From: Candidatus Thorarchaeota archaeon
GTDB taxonomy: Archaea; Asgardarchaeota; Thorarchaeia; Thorarchaeales; Thorarchaeaceae
Assembly (NCBI GenBank): GCA_046758445.1
Contig: JBHIAE010000038.1
Location: 1-26,791, forward strand
Direction of reading: 5' to 3'
Length of the DNA: 26,791 bases
A program made the position numbers and the translations under genes. The notes beneath the pieces are model-generated. The model made no database searches and was not told the origin of the DNA. It was given only the letters and a program-made list of their open reading frames with translations. Positions 7,851 through 16,171 of this stretch are shown here, one piece after another. How positions within the stretch are numbered: position 1 is the first letter of the stretch; each line of letters starts with the position of its first letter.

Positions 7851-8744
7851 TTATGTGAAATCTAGAATTCCAGTCTGTGAAATCACGCTGATGTCAGCGT
7901 CCTCATCAATCGTGTAGCCAATGAGATCATTCAGATTAGCTACTGAGAAGGACTTCTCAATCCGAGTCACTAAAAGAGGCCCTTTCATCGATACTACAGT
8001 ACCTAACAACTGGAGGCCGTCTAGCTGCGTTCCTCGAGAGCGCCACAAGTGAGGCTCTGCGGTCAACTCGTTCATTCCATAGAATCGAGAGAGGTCTACG
8101 AGAGTCATCTCGTGTGATATCTCGTGCCTGTCAACTGAATCAAGAAAGCCTTGCGCTATTGACTGAGCCTCTTCTGCACGTAGCTGCTTTAGGAGGAGTG
8201 ATGTTTTCCTTTCAGTGCGCACTTGCCTAGTGACTCTTGGACTCCTGCTTAGAGCATACTCGAGTTGCCTTGCCTTCCTGCCGTCTGTCACTTCAGCTAT
8301 CATGATTCCAAAGTCTGCACCCTGCTCAACCCATCTTGTGACAAGCCTGCGCTGGCTTGAAACACCTACCTTCAGTGTCCTATCATTGAAGATGGCTAGG
8401 TAGACTGCGTAGTTTGTTTCACTGCAGCGCTTAACCCGATCCTCTGTCGCATTGCACTCTCTGCCGTCACAGCGTATGCAAGGGTCCATTACGTCCATGG
8501 CTCTACAAGGACCACATCGTCGCTTGCCATGGTCAACAATGGCTTTCTCAGGACACTTGCTGCGGCGGCCCGTGGATTGTACGCTACCTATACATCTCCG
8601 AGGACCTCTAATTGTCCAGCCAATTGCTTTCCCGGGACAGAGCCTCACGAACCGAGGCTCATCTGAATTCTTGGCCCATCCAACCAGACCGGGTTCATAG
8701 TTCTCCGAGTCCTGAGTTCTCCATTGAACATCGAACAAATGCAT
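7851..8744 (-). CDS. DUF2797 domain-containing, cysteine-rich protein
   Basis: RRCIG..CP..RCGPC..CIRCDG.C, VYLA...LKVGVS...RWVEQGA...LE. ATG 8744 with upstream GAGGT is preferred over the overlapping 8795 start. Confidence 0.8.
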   Translation of the reverse strand: MHLFDVQWRTQDSENYEPGLVGWAKNSDEPRFVRLCPGKAIGWTIRGPRRCIGSVQSTGRRSKCPEKAIVDHGKRRCGPCRAMDVMDPCIRCDGRECNATEDRVKRCSETNYAVYLAIFNDRTLKVGVSSQRRLVTRWVEQGADFGIMIAEVTDGRKARQLEYALSRSPRVTRQVRTERKTSLLLKQLRAEEAQSIAQGFLDSVDRHEISHEMTLVDLSRFYGMNELTAEPHLWRSRGTQLDGLQLLGTVVSMKGPLLVTRIEKSFSVANLNDLIGYTIDEDADISVISQTGILDFT

Positions 8745-8755
8745 CTGCAAAGACC

Positions 8756-9802
8756 TCAGTACAATGATATCCGGGATGTTCCAGTCCCCATCCACCTGAC
8801 GCCTTCGATATTCAAATCAGCGTCACACTTGGGACAGCGCCCATTCGCATTCAAGTGGTTCTTCTTGAGATAGACAGAGAATCGTTCTACCGCTCTTTGA
8901 CCACATTCTGGGCAGTAGGTGTTCTCATAATCATGACCAGCGACGTTCCCGGAGTAGACAAAAGTCAGTCCGGCGTCCCTTGCTATGTCAATGTGTTTCT
9001 CTAGGGTTGACGCTGGTGTTCGCGGCAAGTTGGTGACCTTGAACGTTGGTGAGAAGGCGATTATGTGAAGAGGGATTCTCGGGCCGAGGTTCTCTACCGT
9101 CCATTCAGCCAAATGTCTGGTGTCTTCTTCATGGTCACCGATCTCCGGAATAATCAGATTAGTGATCTCAATGAAGATGCCTCTTTCTTTCATCCGAAGG
9201 AGAGCGCTGAAGATTGGCTCCACCTTGGGAACGCTCATGTATTTTTGGCTGAACTCCTTGTTGGCACTCCCCTTGAGGTTCACTGAGGCCGCATCGAGGT
9301 AGGGGGATATGTAATCAATAGCTTCAGGAGTCATGTAGCCGTTTGTTACAAACGTGTTGAACATTCCACGCTCGTTTGCAATCCGCGCAGTGTCATATGC
9401 TATTTCCATGAAGATTGTAGGTTCAGTATAGGTGTAGGTCATACCTTGGCAGTTGTACTTCTCAGCCAGATTGACAATCTCTTCCGGAAGCAGAGTCTGG
9501 CCAACAGGTTTCTCGCGGTGAGAAGAGTGATAGTTCAAGCAGAAATCACAGCGGAAGTTGCACGAAGATGTACTGATTGAGAATGTGCTCGAGCCTGGGG
9601 CGAAATGGAACAGGGGCTTCTTCTCAATAGGGTCAGCCGCCATTCCGTCAAGAAGACCGTATACACTGGTGTAGAGCTTGCCATCCTTTACCAGTCTGAC
9701 TCTGCAGAAACCGCTTTCACCCTCATGTACAACACATCGCCTAGCACAGAGGTCGCAACGAACGCCCCGTTTCAACGTCGAGTATAGAACTGCTTCCTTC
9801 AT
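8756..9802 (-). CDS. amrS: AmmeMemoRadiSam system radical SAM enzyme (PFL-activase-like)
   Basis: VRCDLCARRC...GFCRVR, DPIEKKPLFHF.PG, CNFRCDFC, YTYTEP, VTNGY, ENTYCPECG. Confidence 0.92.
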   Translation of the reverse strand: MKEAVLYSTLKRGVRCDLCARRCVVHEGESGFCRVRLVKDGKLYTSVYGLLDGMAADPIEKKPLFHFAPGSSTFSISTSSCNFRCDFCLNYHSSHREKPVGQTLLPEEIVNLAEKYNCQGMTYTYTEPTIFMEIAYDTARIANERGMFNTFVTNGYMTPEAIDYISPYLDAASVNLKGSANKEFSQKYMSVPKVEPIFSALLRMKERGIFIEITNLIIPEIGDHEEDTRHLAEWTVENLGPRIPLHIIAFSPTFKVTNLPRTPASTLEKHIDIARDAGLTFVYSGNVAGHDYENTYCPECGQRAVERFSVYLKKNHLNANGRCPKCDADLNIEGVRWMGTGTSRISLY

Positions 9803-9920
9803 CTCAACAGAATTACGTTCGCGGCTCTTATGCCTGTTATGGTGTGTTCAAGGCAACTACATACAATCAAGGTATCCAGGGAGAATCATGAAATGAAGCA
9901 AAGGGGGCCGTACACGAGCA

Positions 9921-11372
9921 TTACATCTCAATCTTCTCTCGTGCCAGAACCACTGTCTGACCATCATCTTTGACATTGACAAGTCCCAGCTTCTGATAGT
10001 CTTCAATCCATTTGCCCACAGTCGCAGGAGAAACCCCAAGAGATCTTGCGATTTCCCTTACCGACATCTCCCGGTGTTCTTCGACCATCATGAAGGCTTT
10101 GGTCTTCTCTGTTATGTCCATTAGATCGAGGTAACCCTCAAGCTTCTGTTCCGTAAAGGCCAGTTTGGTGAGTGTGCTTTTGTGGTCATTTGTGAGCCGT
10201 TCAAGAGACGCAGATGCTCGTTCCAAATCACTCTTGACACGTTCTAGCTCCCGGGTTTGGTCTCCTGACTCATAGGATCTGAGTCTGGCCCTGAGATCAT
10301 CAACCTCCAATATCTCTTCACGACTCTTCTCAATGTCTGCCTCTAGTTGGCCAATCTGGGTCTTGAGATCGCCAATTTCAATGTCCTTCTTTGCCACAAG
10401 CTCTCTTTGTACCCCGGCCTTTGATTCAGCCTCATCGGCTCTACGTTCAGTATCATTGACCTTCTCAGTCAGAAGATCTCTGGCGGCTTCGAGCGACTTC
10501 ACATTCTGTCGAAGCTCGGCAAGTGCAGTCTTGTCAACTTGTGGTGCTGCTTTCAAACTGGTGACTGTTTCCTCAAGACCCTCTTCCCGAAACTTGGCCT
10601 GTTTTAGGTCCTCTTGAAGCTCAACTACTCGCGCTTCTCGGTTCTGCAACTTCTCCTCAGCCATCTTGAGGTCACGGCTCAGTTCTTCAGTCTGCCTCTC
10701 CAGTTCCTTGACTCTCTTAGTGACCTCCTCAGGCGTTGCTTCTTTTGGCTTCATGAGTAGCTCTCTAGCCAGGAACTCTACTTCTGTGGTCGCTCGCTGA
10801 GTGAAGTCGTCAACAGTCGTCTTTAGTGTCGTTAGTTCTTCATAGGTCGTCTTCATCGCCATCTTCAACCCTTCAGTGATGTCGCGGATCTTATCCATGA
10901 CGGGGGCTGACATTCCAGTGGTGAGAGTTTCTTCTACCTTCTCAAATTCCTCGTTGACAATAGCTCTCACCTGGCTATCCACATATTCGGCTTGAAGGTT
11001 TGTTCTAGCACGACGCCTGCTCTTGCCAACAATCGTAGTTCTCATGTTAACTAGGTTGCCCTTTAGTCCGACCAAGAATGATAAGACGACAGGTACAAGG
11101 TCGCGCTCCACCCTGTCCACAGTGTTCTCCGCTGTGCTCATGTTTCCCTCTAACAACACTAGACTGTCCCTTAGTCGCTCGGCACTGCGTTCGATTTCCA
11201 TCCTTCGTCGAACCTGCTCTGCCGATTCAACCATGAACACATCGGTCGTCAGTCGACCAGAGTCGATGAGCTCCTGCTTGAGCTCATCGTCAACACCCAA
11301 TTCCTCCAAGAGCTCATCCACAACGCGCGCTCGATCGGTTCCGGACGGCTCTTTGTCTGGTTCTTTACTCAT
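9921..11372 (-). CDS. Long coiled-coil protein with C-terminal winged-helix domain
   Basis: Extensive heptad repeats; C-terminal MSVREIARSLGVSPATVGKWIEDYQKLGLV HTH; no Walker motifs. Confidence 0.78.
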   Translation of the reverse strand: MSKEPDKEPSGTDRARVVDELLEELGVDDELKQELIDSGRLTTDVFMVESAEQVRRRMEIERSAERLRDSLVLLEGNMSTAENTVDRVERDLVPVVLSFLVGLKGNLVNMRTTIVGKSRRRARTNLQAEYVDSQVRAIVNEEFEKVEETLTTGMSAPVMDKIRDITEGLKMAMKTTYEELTTLKTTVDDFTQRATTEVEFLARELLMKPKEATPEEVTKRVKELERQTEELSRDLKMAEEKLQNREARVVELQEDLKQAKFREEGLEETVTSLKAAPQVDKTALAELRQNVKSLEAARDLLTEKVNDTERRADEAESKAGVQRELVAKKDIEIGDLKTQIGQLEADIEKSREEILEVDDLRARLRSYESGDQTRELERVKSDLERASASLERLTNDHKSTLTKLAFTEQKLEGYLDLMDITEKTKAFMMVEEHREMSVREIARSLGVSPATVGKWIEDYQKLGLVNVKDDGQTVVLAREKIEM

Positions 11373-11484
11373 ACTAGAACCTCATGTACCTCGTGCCCGC
11401 GCGAGCATTGGGTCAGGAGTAGCAGACAACACATAAATCTATTCGCCCGTCAAACGATGTACCACTTTGGTTTGAGGTTGGGAT

Positions 11485-12321
11485 TTGAAACTGAGGATAG
11501 AGATGCAGGCAGATGTTCTGAACAGGAGCCCGTTTCGAGTCCGCAATGGGAGAATGACTTGGCATCTCTTCACGGACATGGAAAATCAGTTTGTTGAGAT
11601 GATTGATGTGTTTCCTCCTGCAAGAGTGATGGAGAAGGCTGAGCACAACATCGTGGCAGTTCTCAAAGTGCCCGAGATAAACCCTGGTGAGAGCTTCTCT
11701 TCAACAGTCATGCTCCGAATCGACACCACGACACGCGACTGGCTCTTGGAGAGGCAGGCTATTTCAGAATCGGCCAAGACCAAGAATCGTGGTATGTATA
11801 CTTCGATGCAGAAGTACTGGGAAATGGAGGACCCAGTGATTCAGGAGCTGTCGCAGAGCATTGCAGAGAAGAGTGACGGAGACCTCACATTCTCGAAACT
11901 AGCCTATCAAGTTGTTCGAGAGAAAGTGAAGCTGAAGACCCACCTGGATGAGAGACGCGGCGCCGTCAAGGCCGCCATCGAGAAAGAAGGTGATTGTGAT
12001 GAACACGCAGATCTCTTTATCGCCTTGACTCGCGCGGTCAAAATCCCCTCACGTAGAATTATCGGTCACTACTACAAGGGTGCACATGAACCAGAACCAC
12101 ACGCATGGTGTGAAGTCTTTCTTGAGGATAGAGGATGGATTCCGGTTGATCCGGCCCTTGGTCGATTCGGAGTGCTTACCGAGAGCTATTTCTCTCGTGT
12201 CCGAGAGGGCCTTGTTTCAGAACGCCCAACCGTCCAGCTAAAAAGCAGTGGAAGTGAATCAGGACTCTTCTCGATTGAAGAAACCGTCAGTATGTCCACG
12301 GTTCTCAATGAGAAGCGCTAG
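11485..12321 (+). CDS. Transglutaminase-like (Cys-His-Asp) protein
   Basis: GDCDEHADLFIAL.RA..IPSR, HAWCEVF, GWIPVDP. Confidence 0.9.
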   Translation: MKLRIEMQADVLNRSPFRVRNGRMTWHLFTDMENQFVEMIDVFPPARVMEKAEHNIVAVLKVPEINPGESFSSTVMLRIDTTTRDWLLERQAISESAKTKNRGMYTSMQKYWEMEDPVIQELSQSIAEKSDGDLTFSKLAYQVVREKVKLKTHLDERRGAVKAAIEKEGDCDEHADLFIALTRAVKIPSRRIIGHYYKGAHEPEPHAWCEVFLEDRGWIPVDPALGRFGVLTESYFSRVREGLVSERPTVQLKSSGSESGLFSIEETVSMSTVLNEKR

Positions 12322-13049
12322 AGGCCAGTCAAGTGACCGGACTCCAACAGAGTGACAAACATTTCCGCCCCAAACTCCCAACAAGAGTGCGAATCGAATA
12401 CACAGCATTGTATGTTCGGAAGCAGAGGTGCGTTCAGAGCGCTTCGCAGTGTCCCTGCCAAGTGGTGGGCCATCATTTCGCCATAGGCTGACACTTGTGG
12501 CAGTGACTCCAGAAACCTGTTGGGTGTGGAATCAAGAGGACCTGGTTTGTAGTCACAGACCTGAATCTTTCCATCGACATACCGTATTAGGTCCACATGA
12601 CCTGACAGCTTATAGCGGTCAGACCATACGGGGACTTCAATCGCGATGGTACCTGGGTCACTATGAAGAAACTCTTTCAGGATACCGTGGTCAGCAGAGT
12701 AGGACGGGTCATTTCTAGCACGATGATATTCTCGTATCCTGAGAACTAGGTCATTCTCGACGGACTGAACAACCGAGCGCACTCGTATCAGACGCTTTCT
12801 TAGTGCAACTCTCCTTGCCGCCTTCATCTTTGTGAGCTTCAGTCCTGAAGACCGAACATAGAATGGATCGGTGAAAGGCTCTGATGGTATTCTTCCGCTT
12901 GATATCAGCGTCAGATGAGCCCACAAAGAAGCAAGGTCCCCCTCATTCTTCCCAAGATGCTCATGATGCGTCTTGTTCCATTGAAAGCCATACGCGACCT
13001 TACCATGACGGTAGTCACGCCTTACTATCTCGTCGCCCCCGGCAGTCAT
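12318..13049 (-). CDS. PD-(D/E)XK nuclease, RecB/Cas4-like subgroup
   Basis: IEVPV...GHVDLI...CDYKP...QVSAY; lacks the Cas4 Fe-S cysteine pattern. Confidence 0.85.
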   Translation of the reverse strand: MTAGGDEIVRRDYRHGKVAYGFQWNKTHHEHLGKNEGDLASLWAHLTLISSGRIPSEPFTDPFYVRSSGLKLTKMKAARRVALRKRLIRVRSVVQSVENDLVLRIREYHRARNDPSYSADHGILKEFLHSDPGTIAIEVPVWSDRYKLSGHVDLIRYVDGKIQVCDYKPGPLDSTPNRFLESLPQVSAYGEMMAHHLAGTLRSALNAPLLPNIQCCVFDSHSCWEFGAEMFVTLLESGHLTGL

Positions 13050-13132
13050 GGCCTTCCGACTCTAGCCCGGGTTCAAATCTTTTTAATCCACCGACATCGA
13101 GATACGCAGTGATTGACGTGGCCAGGCTCGCA

Positions 13133-13177
13133 TCGCATGAAAAATGCGAACCGGGAGGGCCGTCTAAGCCCTACCCG
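13133..13177 (-). terminator. Double hairpin with T-run after the 13180-13935 gene
   Basis: Stem cggg-agggc/gccct-a-cccg (13152-13177) directly after the stop, then tcgcat/atgcga (13133-13149) with TTTTT on the minus strand. Confidence 0.55.
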
Positions 13178-13179
13178 AT

Positions 13180-13935
13180 CTACCTTTGCGCCAGAGCAGC
13201 GTCTTCCATTAGATTGACGATCCAGTTCAGGTCTTTCTCGTAGATGCCTTCACCTGTTCGGTAGATCATAAGGGAACCTGCTTCAGCATTGACTGTTGTA
13301 GTCAGGAATGCACCACTTGGGTACGGAAACGTTCCGCGGAATCGAGTGATTTCACCCTTGTACCGCCGGGTGTAGAGACTTATCTCATCCTCATTCTGGA
13401 TTCCTATTCCTCTAAACTCAGCCTGGGTGAGATTGCCCTTCTCGACTCCACTCAACAGGACAGATGCGATGTCTGCGGCGGCGTCGTAGATCTTCTTTGT
13501 GCCGCCATTGAGGTTCAGAGGTGATAGCTTGGCTCCCGTCGCGTCTTCGACTAGGGACTTGAACCTTCTCGCGATGCGCTCAGAACCTCGGACCTCAACA
13601 GTTCCTTTGTCGGTCTTCACGTAAGCAGTACCTTTGTCTATACTTACGTAGTGAACAGGGGTCAGATTGCCGTCCTTGTCGTAGCTGAGAATGGGAACCC
13701 TGAATCCGGCGACGATGTCAGCAATCACTTTCTTGCCGATTGCTGTCACTTTGGTGAAACCTGCAGCAGCATCCTTCTTGCTCTTCGGGCTATACTTGAT
13801 CTTCTTCAGTGCAGTTGCAAGCTGAGTGGCGCTCAGCTTCAGGCCTGCGTATCGAAACAGCTTCACAGATAGGCCCATGCCACGGGTCCTCACCAGGCTA
13901 GCCGCTTTCTTCTTCCTTGTAGTTCTCTTGCTCAA
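13180..13935 (-). CDS. Basic alpha/beta hypothetical protein, possibly nucleic-acid binding
   Basis: 251-aa clean ORF, Lys/Arg-rich N-terminus, own TATA box and terminator. Confidence 0.7.
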   Translation of the reverse strand: MSKRTTRKKKAASLVRTRGMGLSVKLFRYAGLKLSATQLATALKKIKYSPKSKKDAAAGFTKVTAIGKKVIADIVAGFRVPILSYDKDGNLTPVHYVSIDKGTAYVKTDKGTVEVRGSERIARRFKSLVEDATGAKLSPLNLNGGTKKIYDAAADIASVLLSGVEKGNLTQAEFRGIGIQNEDEISLYTRRYKGEITRFRGTFPYPSGAFLTTTVNAEAGSLMIYRTGEGIYEKDLNWIVNLMEDAALAQR

Positions 13936-13984
13936 GATGACTCATCTCGGTTTGCTTATGCTATCCTAGGTATAGGTCTATAAC

Positions 13985-14029
13985 TGACCTTCACTTCCTA
14001 TGGAGTTTTCCAATATAAAGAGAAGGTCA
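13985..14029. promoter_or_regulatory. TATA box (TTTATA, minus strand, 14014-14019) with a 12-bp inverted repeat spanning the promoter
   Basis: tgaccttcactt (13985-13996) / aagagaaggtca (14018-14029), 11 of 12 complementary. Confidence 0.55.
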
Positions 14030-14184
14030 AATCGGGATATTAGCTGCGAGTAGCCCTGGTAATACCCAGATAGCTATCGGCGTATGAAAGCGGGTAGAAC
14101 CAAAGTAGCGAGGATTTGCCGGTGATTGGGTTTGGCGCCAAATGCGCAAAACCGAAAGTGAAACAAGAAGGTGAGTAGTTGGGA

Positions 14185-14643
14185 CTATTCTAGGCTGGCA
14201 AGAAGCTTCAGAATGAGTTTGTGAGCTCGAGGTGCATCTGATACGAATGGGGTGAATGTTCGACCCCTAGCCTCAGATATGCACTGAGGAAGCTTTGCCA
14301 GATCTCTGCACCAGACGAGATGGCCCCGCTTCTCCATCTCTCCAATGAGCTGAGCTTGGTGTCCCTCCATGAGTGTAGGGTTCTCAACTGTCACCAAGCG
14401 ACGTCCCATCTTGACACATTCAAGAGTCGTGGCTGCTCCACCTGTGCTGACTATCACTTCTGCCTTCTCGTACAACTTGCTCATGGACTTGATGAATCGA
14501 AAGTACCGAAAGTGTTGCGGTATATATGACCCACAGCCAATCTGGGCAAGGACTTTGTCCCGAATTACGCCGTCACGAACAAGGCGATCAAACTCGACAA
14601 TTAGAGGGTCGAAATGTGCAGTGCCAACTGTCAAGAGAATCAC
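14185..14643 (-). CDS. alg13: Alg13-like UDP-GlcNAc transferase catalytic subunit (GT28 C-terminal / PssE-like)
   Basis: LTVGT..FD.L, AQIG, VENPTLMEGHQAQL. GTG 14643 overlaps the upstream TGA and is preceded by GGAGGT. Confidence 0.85.
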   Translation of the reverse strand: MILLTVGTAHFDPLIVEFDRLVRDGVIRDKVLAQIGCGSYIPQHFRYFRFIKSMSKLYEKAEVIVSTGGAATTLECVKMGRRLVTVENPTLMEGHQAQLIGEMEKRGHLVWCRDLAKLPQCISEARGRTFTPFVSDAPRAHKLILKLLASLE

Positions 14644-15143
14644 AGCAGTTGACCTCCGTAGATAACGCCGGGTATGCGCGAAACAAGTGATTCCCATTGA
14701 ACGAGAAAGAGATCAGTCTTTCCAAGAATGATTCTCCCAGTCAAGGAGAGTGACTCAACGCTGGCCATGTTCTCGATATAGACTGTCCTGACTCCCGTAA
14801 TGCGAGCCGAATAGAAAATGGGTACAGTCATTCCGGTCCCGCAACTGACGACAACTTTTGGCCGAAACGCTGCGAAGTAGAACAAAGAGAGGAAGAGGGT
14901 CATGAGAGCTCTAAGAAAGGACATTATTCTGGAGTCCTGAGGCAGTAGTCTTGGTGCAAGGACAGGGACTTTGCGTCCTGGGATTCTTATTCTTCGCGGA
15001 GTGAGACGATCCAGAAGCCCAATCAGATAGATGTAGTCAAACGTGGGTCCCAGTAAGTCGACTAAGGCGAGAGCTTCTGAAGTGTGACCTCCTCTTCCCA
15101 AGACAACTGCAACACTTGGCAAATTTATCCACTGAACTGACAT
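14640..15143 (-). CDS. alg14: Alg14-like UDP-GlcNAc transferase subunit (PssD-like)
   Basis: VVLGRGGHTSE, RP.VVVSCGTG..VP, VYIE..A.V..LSLTGRI, FLVQW. Start ATG 15143 or TTG 15122, not 15227. Confidence 0.87.
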   Translation of the reverse strand: MSVQWINLPSVAVVLGRGGHTSEALALVDLLGPTFDYIYLIGLLDRLTPRRIRIPGRKVPVLAPRLLPQDSRIMSFLRALMTLFLSLFYFAAFRPKVVVSCGTGMTVPIFYSARITGVRTVYIENMASVESLSLTGRIILGKTDLFLVQWESLVSRIPGVIYGGQLL

Positions 15144-15401
15144 TCTTGTTCGATGCCACATAAAGGGTTCTCTGGGAAATGTACCTCTGGTGGAGAATCG
15201 CGGAACAGAATAAGGATCTGTTGGCACATGTGTTGCCGCTCGTGAGCCAAGTAGTCCGGCTTGCCAGAGTTCAGGATATGGACTGAAGAGGAGGCTTGCT
15301 CAGAGTGTCGGCCAAGTCATTTCTTTCTTCTAACAGACTCTCACAGGTTTGCTAGCAACAATCTATACTCCTCCAAGCTAGGCTGTCTAGGATTATGACT
15401 G

Positions 15402-15427
15402 CCTTCCTCAAACCTCAACGAGGAAGG
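15402..15427. other. Perfect 8-bp stem-loop, possible terminator or processing hairpin
   Basis: ccttcctc (15402-15409) / gaggaagg (15420-15427), downstream of the deacetylase gene. Confidence 0.35.
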
Positions 15428-15502
15428 GACAATCAAATCTGCCAGTGATTGTGCTCAATTCCAAAAGGTATTGTGTGGCAGTCTTCATTACGATCCTGGA
15501 CT

Positions 15503-16171
15503 CTAGCGGTCACGCTGCGAGCTTGTATTCCAAGTACCCTTGGCAAGCATGAAGGCCTCTGCAAAACTAGTGTTGACATAAACTCCATCATGCTTCAAGC
15601 TGGCCCAGAAACGGTCAGGGTTGAACCAGGTGCCACGAAGTTTCATCTGAGTCTTATACTCGGAGAGCGCCTTGATCTTGGTATCGGCCTCCTCCTCGGA
15701 GAGTGGAATGTAAAGGTTGGGATTGAAGTCCTTACAGGTCCCCAGGATGGGATATTGGAGTAGCGAAACATGGTTCCTTGTGAAAGCTCTCACAGCCTCT
15801 TCGGCCACGGTCCTATGGTCTTGATGAATATCGCCGGGATACGGAGCCAAGACCAGATCCAGCTGTGGATCGTTTCTATAGGGATACATAAGGTCCAGAA
15901 TCTCCTGACGAGACTTCTGGAGATGTTTATTCTCGAAGTCGTGATAAATGATTCTCGAAGCACCTAGGAAACTCGCCGCTTTGCGGTCCTCCTTGGCGAG
16001 CTGTCCGTTCGGAAACTCAGTTCCAATAAGAGAGTCGCCGCAAGTTGTGAACACCATATAGTCAATGTGCGCACCGTGTTTCGCTAGCTTGTAGATGAAG
16101 CCACCAGCTCCCAAGATAGCGTCGTCCGTATGGGGTGAAACAACAAGTGCCTTTTTTACACTGACAAACAT
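15503..16171 (-). CDS. PIG-L/LmbE family N-deacetylase
   Basis: SPHTDD..LGAGG, D.HQDH, KIKAL..Y.TQ, AEAF. ATG 16171 likely; GTG 16204 possible. Confidence 0.9.
   Translation of the reverse strand: MFVSVKKALVVSPHTDDAILGAGGFIYKLAKHGAHIDYMVFTTCGDSLIGTEFPNGQLAKEDRKAASFLGASRIIYHDFENKHLQKSRQEILDLMYPYRNDPQLDLVLAPYPGDIHQDHRTVAEEAVRAFTRNHVSLLQYPILGTCKDFNPNLYIPLSEEEADTKIKALSEYKTQMKLRGTWFNPDRFWASLKHDGVYVNTSFAEAFMLAKGTWNTSSQRDR

Noticed and set aside
9921-11372. SMC/Rad50 assignment
   Set aside because: No Walker A/B, signature motif, hinge or zinc hook.
12318-13049. cas4 assignment
   Set aside because: No four-cysteine Fe-S pattern and no CRISPR context.
13066-13079. tRNA T-arm-like CCCGGGTTCAAATC (tRNA or att site)
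   Set aside because: No complementary 3' T-stem strand, acceptor stem or cloverleaf, and no integrase.
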